Part shown: one piece after another, positions 51,425 through 61,666 of the stretch | Position numbering within the stretch: position 1 is the first letter of the stretch | How the letters are laid out: every line of letters begins with the position of its first letter | Origin: Takakia lepidozioides | Taxonomy: Eukaryota > Plantae > Bryophyta | Assembly (NCBI GenBank): GCA_030704615.1 | Contig: CM060732.1 | Coordinates: forward strand, 8,432,001-8,496,000 | Reading direction: 5' to 3' | Length of the DNA stretch: 64,000 nucleotides | The notes under the pieces: generated by a model | Seen by the model: the letters and a program-made list of their open reading frames with translations, nothing else | The model's database searches: none | Told to the model about the DNA's origin: nothing | Program-made: the position numbers and the translations under genes

Positions 51425-52050
51425 GAGTGCACTCCCCCTTTCCTCTCTGCTTCTGTTTCATGTTCAAAGGTAGGCTTCCTTCCCTGAGTTTAAATTTCAG
51501 TCTAGTGCCGAGAGTGGGTGGACCCTTGAGGTCATCCAAGATGTCCTCCCCCATGTCACTGACTAGAAACAAGTTCAGGGAAGTTTTATGCCTAACTTCA
51601 TTTTCATCAGACAATCTCATGGCAATAGACATGGCTTTGGCACTACAGCCTCTAAGTCTGATTTATCCAGCAGGGTCAAGACTTGCGGATCCAGGTCCAG
51701 GTCCTTGAGAATCTCTTCTACTCTGGCCTTGGGAAAACACCTTTTGATCTCAGTCCAGAAAGTGGTCAGAGGTACCAATATCAGTTCTGTCGATCAACAC
51801 ATTGGCACACTGGGGGAACAAATTTTTGTCCATTATGATATAGTCCACAATGGAACGTTCCCCAGTTTGGGATTTCTCACGAGTCCACTGCACTTGGTCA
51901 CCTCTTGTCTTGTTAATCAAGGTCAAAAGCTGAAGCTCTTCCAGACAGTTAATTAACCGTCTGCCATTAGAATTCAGCTCGTCCTCACCAGAAGACCCAA
52001 TGATATCGTCCTGATGGAGCCCTTTGCCCACTTGGGCATTGAAGTCACCC
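51425..52050 (-). mobile_element. Inverted fragments of the same LINE family
   Basis: 51425-51725 mirrors 50235-50533. 51745-52050 encodes GDFNAQVG...SIVDYII...TSDHFL, the EN end missing from the + copy. Confidence 0.88.
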
Positions 52051-53131
52051 TACAATAGCACCACAGAGATGAAGAGAAGCTTTGGAATGAGACACTTTTC
52101 TGACCCCAGTCAATGGTGGGACAATGTGGGTGGATGGTCAACTGGAAACAGCAGCGGCAACAGCGCAATTGATAAAGCAAGGCACTGCTGATGAAAGGTA
52201 CCTTCTTCAACGTATTTCAGCCTGAGGGCACCTTCTGGTTTGACCTGTTTCAGCCTGTTTTTCCCTCTCATCAGACTCAGCCCTGAAGCATATGTATTGA
52301 ATTCTGTAAGTTAGCTCGTTGGGTGGATCTGCGGTGCTCTGGAGTGACTTTGCAAGTTGCTGCCGAGGTGGTAGCATGACAGTACCTAAAAAAAGATAAT
52401 AGATAGAACAAGGGACTGCTAATGAAGGTACCTTCTTCAACACATTTCAGCCTGTTTTTCCCTATTATCAGAGTCGTCCCTAGATTTCCAGATGGCGGAT
52501 TCCAAGCTCCAGATTACCTATGATTCCATGTGGAATGATAGCTACAAGAAACCTGGATGGGTAGATGGTCAACTGGAAGCCACAGTAGTAGCTGCAGAGG
52601 CATGATGTACGCATTGTTAGTGTGGAGGGAGGGGTAGCTGTTGATGCAGGGAGAGGATCGTGGGTGCAAAATCATCCAAGAGGGCCAGATTTGGAGCAAG
52701 GAACAGCGCTGGCAGGAGTTCTATAAATTTGATCCACAGCGGTGGGACAATATTGTCAACAAGGTGAGCTTTCTTCATGCAACATCGTAGGGAGTTTGAC
52801 AGAACTTTGTATTTAAATATGTTAGTGTGGAGGGAGGGCTAGCCGCTGATGCAAGGATGGACTGTGGGTTCAGGATCACCCAAGAGGGCTACCAGCAGTG
52901 GAAGTAGCAGCATTTGGTCAATAGCAGCAGCAAAAATTAACAACATCAAACTCATCAATCAGGTACTTGCTTCTGTATACATTTCATCCTCTTATGAACG
53001 TAGTTCCTACTTGGACAGCCTATAGGGTTGTATAAAACAGACTTTGGAACCTTCCAACCCGGGTGCTTTGTTATTGGTCTATCAAGGTCTGATTTGAAAT
53101 GTTTTCATTGCATTTTGCAGGTGAACTCATC

Positions 53132-56100
53132 ATGGAAGAAGAGTTGGAAGTAAAAGTCCTGCTTGTTGGAGGAGATGCATCACCAAACAGGCTTGGTTCT
53201 GTGTTCACTATGCAAGGTGTCACATACAAATGCATCCGAGCAGAAATTATAGGTGATGAGCTTGTCTCAGCAAAATTTCATTTCCTTTCCATGGGGGGTA
53301 GTGTCCTTTCAGCCAAGCAAGAAGAGAGGATGGTTCTGAAAGGGGATACTGTACACATTAAGATTTCAGACCAAAATGATGGGGACCAAGGATTGAAAAG
53401 ACCTCTATCTTCCAGTGGTTCTACGATCTTGCATGAGGACAGACCAGGCGAGGACCCGGCACCAGTGTCTACCAAGATGAGGATGGACCCTGATACACCC
53501 TTTGCTGGCGATGGTGGAAATGAAGACCATGCACATGAGCATGCACTTCAGCAGAGATCTGGTAGATTGTGCAGCACGTTGGCTACATCCAACGATATTC
53601 AAAAATGGCAGAAAAAGATTAGAGCCGTTGAAAGAAAAATCTCTGCAGAAGGACGATGTGACAAGTTTGAGCTGATGACAAAGGATCAACAAGGACAAGC
53701 AATGTTCCACATATGGTGTGTTGAGTGTGAGGATGTTTATGCACGGTCTGGGAAAACAAACCATATGATGCATGTGCAAACTTTATGAGATCTCATTTGA
53801 GGAGTGAGGGGCATCGCATAGCCTATGAGAGGCGTCATGGGAAGGGTTCATCACAATGTGTCATCAGCCCTGTAAATGCAGATGAAGCATTAGACGCAAA
53901 GAAGAACAGGGTGAAGGAGGCATTAGAGGAAGTCGCTCGGTTTTGTGAGGACAATCCTGGAAACAGATTTGAGATTGTGGAAGCCACAATTGGAGACTAT
54001 TCGCAGTTGGGTTCCATAAGGATTAGGTGCCCACTGGATTCGAAGTGGCTACTCTTGTTTCCAAGGACAGGTTCTTTGCAATCTTCTTTGACAGAGCATG
54101 TGAAAGGAAAAACTCATGTCGATGTAGAGATTTGCCAGAAGGTTGGAAGTAGTGAAGGACCTTGCAAAAAAAGAGGAAGGCCTCCAAAGCCTATGATTGC
54201 CAAAGATGTAAAGCAACGGGATCTAAGCTCTTTCTTGGTCAGTCAACCTGTGTTGCCGTCCCCACCACTTGACAATCCAATTGTGGCATCAACAATGGGA
54301 GCATCCTCGTCACAAACTCCATACGCTTGTGTTGACGCTGCCCAACGGGGAGATCTGATCGAGGATTGACAATTACAGCAAAGGTCCCAATGCAACAAAG
54401 GAAGAGACAGTTTGTGTTGGGGCCTATGGGATGAATGGTGGGAGTACAACCAGCAGAGAATAAGTCTGAAACCATTCCTTCAAGATAGCAAGGGAGGAAA
54501 GAAGTGGTATGTCGAGCCGTTGACAAATGCAACCATCACTCTAAACAATCAAGAGCATAAGGTTGTTGGTACGTTTCGGCACGCGGATTGTTTTAGAGTG
54601 TCATTGGATGGGGAGCCATTTCCAAACTTGAGATGTTCAGCATGTTCTTCCATTCCCTTGGAAAATGACTTCAGAATGAGGGTATATAGAGAAAGAGGTG
54701 CCATGGAATGTAGAGGGGAGAGAGATACTGGCAAGGGAAGAAGGTTGTCATATCTTGGAAATGCGGAGATTGTCAAACAAGTTTACAAAAACAGACAGGA
54801 GTTGAGGCAGTTGAGGTTCAAATTGTGGGAGGCCAGGACCAAAGTGACATCATTGTCTGTGCGATGTAGGAGTTTGAAGGAGTCTGGGATTGAGGCAATT
54901 GAAAGAGGAGATGTTCTCAAATTTTGTCGTGATATTGTTGATGCACATAGGAGGGGGGATTTTGAAGGAAAAGAAAGTTTGTGGGATTTTCTTGTTGATA
55001 TGGGCAAGAATATTGACAGGTCTCCACAAGGGAAGAGGTATGGTACTAGCACAAAAACAATGTTTGAGACTGTGCAGCTTTGGGGGGGTCCGAGATTGCA
55101 TCATTTTTGGCTTCAAATGTGGGGGGTCCTTCTATTGATACTACAAGACGGTCTTTGAGGAAAGGTTTGAAGTATAGAGCGGGAGAAACGGATGATATAT
55201 TTCAGCATGTGGCTGGAATTTACAGAGATGTGATGGAAGATGCAAATATTCCATTGGGAAGCATCCCAGTGATGGTGGCCGAAGATGAAACTGTTGTGAA
55301 GCAATTGGTACGTTGGATTGCTAGGGATGACACCCTTCTCGGGTTTTGTGGGCTTCAAGACAACCATGTATGTATTTCAAATTTTGTGGTGCAAGTGGGA
55401 GAAGGGGAATCAAGGTACCAACATATTGTGGAGGCATTCAAAAACAATGTGGTTGCCCATTATGCTAGAGTGTTGATAGCAAATCCTCTACATGTACGGT
55501 TACCTCGATTGGTATTGGTAATCCAGCTCACTTGCAATAGATTTGACAACAATTTTGTGAGATCACAATGGGAAGTGGTGAGACAGTTGTGGGACAAATA
55601 TGTGAGGGACGTGGTTGGGCCTATAATTGGGCATGCTTCAGACGGAGATAGTAGGAGGAGAAAAGTGATGTTAGAAGATTATGCCAATGGGGCTGGAAAT
55701 AGATTTTGCATCCCTTGGGAAGGATGGTTGTTTACAGGTCGAGTGTGCAACGGGGGAGATAATGGGAAAAAATTGGTAAATCCCTTGGACAGTGCATCAC
55801 GGACTTTGGTGTTGGGTGATGAGGTTGCTACATTGAATCATGTGTTATTGGTCTACCATTCATTTTCAGTGGACAAGCATGGACTTCGGGAATGTGATAT
55901 CAAAAGAGAAGATCGACAAAATTGGGCAGCAGCTCAACGACTGGCATCTCGGAAGGTGCAAGCTTGTTTGAGGGAGTTACAATCAACTGTGAATCATCGA
56001 AGAGAGAGGACCAAAGGTACTGAAATTTACCTATACATCATTTCATGCTACATCGACATTTTTTTGTCTCCTCACATGTCATTGTGTGAGATGGTACAAT

Positions 56101-57511
56101 CTGCTGCGAAGGTATCATTTTTTTTTTCAGATTGTGGAAGTTGTGGCTATTCCAGCACGAGGTGTATAATCTGAAATCCTTCTTCATTAGCAGGGAAGCA
56201 TACTTGGATTTACAAATTTCATGCCGCTACGTGGTTCTACTTATCAAATTGTTCAAGGATAAGTTTAATCATGTGCAAGTTCATTTGAGCCTTGTTGGTT
56301 CAGATGTGTGTGAAATATTCTTCAGCAAAGTGGGAGGTATGTCACGGAATGAGAGGACATATGACGGGTGTGATTTGATTGAGAGTGTGGGAGCATTAAC
56401 ACGCATATCCGAGTTCGAGGCGAATCCAAAAGGACCCAAGTTCTCAAGAGCTCACAAGAAACAAGAACGCATATGGTCTTCTTTGGAGAAGAAGCCAGGT
56501 ATCCCCCTTGCTGATTTGTCCGACTTTTCTACTGTCCAATCGGATGATTGCATTGTGGAGGCTTTGAAAACTGGATTTCTAGAAGCGCAACTTTTATGCC
56601 ATAAACTTGGGATGAAACCAAACAAAGCAACAAACTTGGATTGGTGGAATGAGCCATGGACAATTGAGAGACAAATGGAGGTCGAGCTATTCAAAAGCAT
56701 GGAAGAGGAGGGTGATGATGTCAGTGCCATAGATTCTATTTGTCCTCTTAATGCAGACACACATATTCAAAATGAGGTCGTGGAAGATGAATTGGTGTGC
56801 GGGCCTTCGAATTCAATGGAGGATGTTTTGAGCCAACCTTTGGATGATCATGCGGAAGAGGTACTTGTTCAAAGTGAATTGAGACATACTCTGGATGCTG
56901 TCATTGATGAGTTTGAACAAGAGAAAGATGGATCGAAGACAGTGGTTCCATTTGTCAAAGTAGACGGGAAGACCATATTCAAAAGCACTTTGGTTAGCCA
57001 ATTCAATGGCAACCCTACTCTATCCAAGGATAGATTGACACGAGTAAGAAGTGCATCGATGTTGTTTTGCCGAGAAAACAAACCAACTACCAGCAACAAA
57101 GCCACGAGCTTGGGATTGGGTTCGGATTGTGCTGTATTTTTTGTTGATGGGGAGACTGCGATCCAAACTACAAACAGGAAAGGTAGACCAGGGAAAACCT
57201 GCAGAGGAGCAACCAAAGGCACTTGGTATTTGGGCAGGGTTCAAAGAATGCGGAAGAAAATCAATAAGCGGTTTGTAGAATGTAGGGATTCTGTTGATTT
57301 ATTGGAGCGTCCTTCTCATATGGAGATTGGGTTAGCATGGTACCAAAAAATTCGAGGAGGGGTCTATACGTACGATTTGACGAATAACATGATGGTTGAT
57401 TTGGATTCCATTATCGCGTTAGCATGTTTAAAGTACAATGTCAAGTCAAACACATATGTTCTTGATGCAAATGACCGAAAAGTCTTTGATAACTTTATCA
57501 AAGGCAAATAA
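53132..57511 (+). pseudogene. P-like DDE transposase with N-terminal Zn-finger-like motifs and AT-hook, disrupted
   Basis: AEDET (D1); GHASDGD (D2); DxxH segment deleted here but present in the 17.6-kb copy; DRQNW...A; SDVCEIFFSKVGG (E). N-terminal CxxC...HxxxxxH and KRGRPPKP. Frameshifts near 53785, 55125 and 56120; stop at 54367. Confidence 0.75.
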
Positions 57512-57821
57512 TTTTTTTAATTAATTTGTTAGATTTTATTATGTTTTAAATGAATAAATTCGATATAATATAAAAACATACATATACATATTGGAGGGTT
57601 ATTTTTAATGATGAAAAATGAGAATATACATACAGAAGGGGGTACTTTTAAAAAATTGTAAATTTTTGTATATTTACAGGAGGGGATTTTATAATCTTCA
57701 AAAAGTATGTACAGAGGGGGTATAAATTATCCAAGGACCCGTATACAGGGGTTTTTTTATTAGGCGACGAACGCACGTGATACGCACAGTTTATAAAGAG
57801 TGCACCCCCCGGGATATCCAT

Positions 57822-58542
57822 TGGGAAAGAACGCACTGCAGCTCCTACATTCACTGGTTTGTTTCTCCCTTATGGCCAAGGAGAGGCAAAGAACCACAAG
57901 TTTTGGTTTTGCGCTAACGATTGCAGGAGATGTGTGCGTGGGACAGTGAGGCCCTCCGTGGTGAGGAAGCCTACTCCACCAACCGTGTGGCCTGTGAAGA
58001 TGGGCACATGTCTCACTCACCAAGAGATCGCAATGCTGGAAGAGGCGGATTTCTCCCTAGCCATACATTCCATTACACGTGAAGGTGCTTCAAGTACAAG
58101 CAGTTCACGGGTACCTCCACCTGACGCTCACTTGTGGCCAACCAGACGGAATGGGAAGCTGGTTCGACGATTCCCTCAAACCGCAAAACACTATGGCAAA
58201 ATCGAGTCCGCGAGAATGCTTCACGCTCGTGTTGCAGGAACAATGGAAGTGCATGATCCAGGGTATGGTCGGGTCTTCACCATGATCTCATCCGCATCTG
58301 CGCTGCAGGACAAGACATACGACATCACTGTTTCCAATTTTCCAAATTGTACCTGTCCTAATTTTGTTGGTATGCTTTCAAGTAGTTTGGGAAAGAGAGG
58401 GAAGTTCATACCGTGCAAACACCTTTACTTCGTCTTCTTGAGAAGGATGGTTTGTGATCCAAAGCGGGACTTCTTCATTCACCAAGCCACTATGAGTTTC
58501 AACGAAGTCAACACACTTCTACAGCGGGATACAAGCCCATAG
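57822..58542 (+). pseudogene. Mutator-like transposase, 3' part with SWIM zinc finger
   Basis: YDITVSNFPNCTCPNF...PCKHLYFV (CxC...CxH), in frame with 47361-47512. Confidence 0.85.
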
Positions 58543-58744
58543 AAAGCATTCACTTGACACTCCGAAATCTATGTTTTCCTTGACTACAACTTGTAATGGA
58601 ATGACTGTTCAAGTCCAGTGTCTCTCAATGTATGTTGTCTAACATCTTTGCTATGCGTGGGTGAATGCATTTGTCGCATTGGTCTGTCATTCTGTTTTCA
58701 TTAGCAAGCACAAGAAACTATCTTCAGATAGACAGATGATCAAA

Positions 58745-59022
58745 TCAACCTCGTGTTAACACGAGGTTTACTTGGAGTTTTCCAAATCCCCCTTGTGCCG
58801 ACACAAGGTTGATTCTAGTTCTAAGAAAAGAACATCGTGTCAACTTGAGGTTGATTCGGAGAACTTCATGTCAACCTCGTGTTAATACGAGGTTGACATG
58901 AAGTTCTCCGAATCAACCTCGTGTTGACACGATGTTGATTTTAGTTCCAGGAAAACAACCTCGTGTTAACACAAAGTTCATTTCAGTTCTAGGAAATGAA
59001 GCTCATGTTAACAGAAGGTTGA
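58745..59022. repeat. Phased array: seven 26-bp palindromes on an exact 42-bp period
   Basis: Starts at 58745, 58787, 58829, 58871, 58913, 58955 and 58997; variant consensus TCAACCTCGTGTTAACACGAGGTTGA. Confidence 0.92.
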
Positions 59023-59271
59023 ACTCTAGGAAGGCCCGAAACCCTTCATCCGTTTCACCTTCATGTGGTGATATCAGCAGTTGGGGGCCCCACGGTTATA
59101 GGCCCACCTTCTTTGTGGTGATGTGGCATGACCTGGACCAGGCTCACGCCACGTCAGCATCAGCGCCACGTCAGTTGCGTGAGCGTAGGCTCACGCCACG
59201 TCATCGTTGTGTGAGCGTACGCTCACACGCTCACGCACTAGACTCACGCGGTAGCGTTGTTTGCTGGTGTG

Positions 59272-59708
59272 ATAGACCGAAGCAGCCTCTAAATCCGTTC
59301 GAGGACATTGAGAACGGATTCTTCGTCTTGGTCCGACCAGTAGATACTATGACGTTTTCAGTTTGGATAGGGATGGCAATATCAGATGTGGTCCGCGACA
59401 GAGGATCCAGAAATTTTAAGAAGGTTCACGTCGAATGGTGGAGACCCAAGAAAGGAGGTAGCCCTTCCGATTTGGACAGATATAGAGATTGTTGGTCCAA
59501 AGTTTGGGAGTTCAATCCAGATGATCCCCCTCAATGGATTCACATTAACTCTGTCGTTTGGACAATGCCCGCCAGAAAAAACACGACACGTAATAGCTCT
59601 AAGAAAATTACCGTGGTGGAGGCGGAGAAAGCACGAGCAAATTTGGATGAGGCCAATCAACAGTCAGACAATGAAGACAATGCAACCTTGGGCAGAGAAC
59701 AAGGTTGA
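59272..59708 (+). pseudogene. C-terminal fragment of an unrelated, probably transposon-associated protein
   Basis: Protein-like Trp-rich text (GFFVLVRP...VWIGMA...VHVEWWRP...CWSKVW) starts abruptly after the subterminal repeats. Family not identified. Confidence 0.45.
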
Positions 59709-60419
59709 CAAGGACATATTGTGGAGGTTCACTCCTCGGCATGTTTTCAAGAATAAAACTAATGTTTTACCTCCACTCTCCATTTGTTTCTCTTCACGTC
59801 TTCAAATATTAATCTACCTTCTTTGCCAGCCACCAGCTTTTTTCCGGACCTCATCTCTGTAATGTTTCGGGAACCTCGAGTGATCATCCGGAGTTCCTAG
59901 TTTTCCTGATGTCAGTGCTTCCTTCTCTTTGCAGTTCATCTCTCACATTACACCCATTTCTTTTGGTTCTTTGGTTCTCATCAAAGTGTCTTCTCCTCAA
60001 CAGATTCGCCCATCTCCTTCATCTCGGTCCACATGGTCGTATTGTTGGGCTCAATATGATTGGTCTAAAAAATGTCCTGAGTATAAACCGCGTGGCAATT
60101 TATGAAAGTTGTTGCTTCAATGGACAAGCTTTCTCGCGGTTTACTGCTTCTGAATCTTGTGCATCTTCTCCCATTACTCGTCAGTAGCTTTCTGTAAGTC
60201 TGGCTTCAAGTACAAAGTTACATTTCCTTTACTGCCTTTTCGGACTATCTTAAGATTCTTCTCAATTTTTTTCGTCAGTAATCAGTCCTGAACCTCGTTT
60301 TGCCACCCGTTATTCCGTGTCATCTCAGGTCAATTTATCTTGGGTCTGTTTATCTTATTAGGACCTTCTAAAGACAATACTTCTGGGGCCTTCAGTCCTT
60401 ACATTGTCCTCATCTTAAA

Positions 60420-61170
60420 CCATATACCCTAAACCTAATTCGAATGTTTGATGCGCATTCTTCAAGGGTTACAAGGTTGGGCATAATGGAATGGCCCTTG
60501 GGATATTTCATTCAAGTCTAATTTCTTAGGTGACAAATCACTTGTACACTTTCCCAGATTTCTGTCATTTTTTTACTCACATTCCATAATTGTTTGTCCA
60601 TTTATAGTTCTCTAAACCCTAAACCCTAAGCCCTTAAACGTAACTCCATTGTTTGATCATTCTTCATAGATTATATACAATCTATGGTTGGGAAATTTTA
60701 TTCTCAAAACCCTAAATCATAGGTGACAAGTCATCTGTACCATTCCCAATATTTTCTTTTCCATTCATACCGAGTACTATGGTTAGTACCCTTGCAAACT
60801 CTATACCCTAAAACCTAATTTCAATGTTTGATGCTTATTTATTTATTACTTCCAATTTTGGTTATGGTCGAAGTGGTGGGGATAATATTTCATGAATTGT
60901 TCTACGTATGGGTAAAGACTCAAACTCCATAATTGTTTGTCCATTTACAGTTTTCTAAAACCCTAAACCCTAAACCAAACTCCACTGTTTGATTCACATT
61001 CCTCATAGAAATTTGGATACAATCTGTGGTTGGGATATTTCATTAACAAATTTTCATAGGTGCCAAGTCATCTGTACACTTTCCCATATTTTCTTTTCCA
61101 TTCATACCAAGTACTATGTTTCAATGTACCCTAGCAAACTCTATAACCTAAAACCTAATTCCAGCTTGGT
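60420..61170. repeat. Degenerate ~340-bp duplication containing CCCTAAA-like motifs
   Basis: 60583-60830 resembles 60925-61165; short (AAACCCT)2 runs near 60613 and 60958. Confidence 0.7.
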
Positions 61171-61666
61171 TCAATGACTTTATAGCTGAATCTACATGAC
61201 ACTCTTCCACAATATTTGGTTGTCATATGAACATCGGAATGATCCCTAAATATTTTGAAACATAATTCACATGTTTCATTGAAATCCAACCTTATTCCAT
61301 TCAACGTTTTAATCCATCAATTGAAAACTTGCAATACATTGGTTCATGGTACTACTATAATCTAAGCATGGTATGGATGTTTACTTTTCATTTGTATATT
61401 ATCTTCTTGAATCATCTGTTTATGTCATACATCTATCAATTTATTAATAACTTCATTCTATCGATCTTATCTTTATAATTTTCTGATGTAAAGTACGTCA
61501 TTCGACTTACCATTCGATGTTACATGAATGGGATTGTGCAACTTCACAAGTTAAATGACTCAATATTCCACGATATTTTTATTAATACCTGAATTAATTT
61601 TAATTATGTTATATATTAAGTTTGGTCTGGATTTAAGCCAAAAGTCCGGAATTACTTAAAATGGGT

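Larger units (their letters stand above)
47513..57813 (+). mobile_element. P-superfamily-like DNA transposon with both ends intact
   Basis: 16-bp TIR CCCGGGGGGTGCACTC / GAGTGCACCCCCCGGG; perfect 8-bp TSD ATATCCAT (47505-47512, 57814-57821). The host reading frame rejoins (CTSLISI-GKERTAAPTF). Confidence 0.9.
38030..59271. mobile_element. Large Mutator-like DNA transposon carrying a ParB-methyltransferase gene (boundaries approximate)
   Basis: Clusters of GCGTGAGCC / GGCTCACGCCACGTCA at both ends (38030-38095 and 59140-59256), two divergent genes, and a shared 26-bp palindrome. Left terminus degraded; no TSD found. Confidence 0.65.

Noticed and set aside
59255-59271. CACTA/CMC terminus (...GCTGGTGTG)
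   Set aside because: No matching CAC-start left end or TSD was found, and the enclosed transposase is Mutator-like.
60600-60980. True telomere or interstitial telomeric array
   Set aside because: Only 2-3 consecutive degenerate CCCTAAA units, inside a larger duplicated unit.
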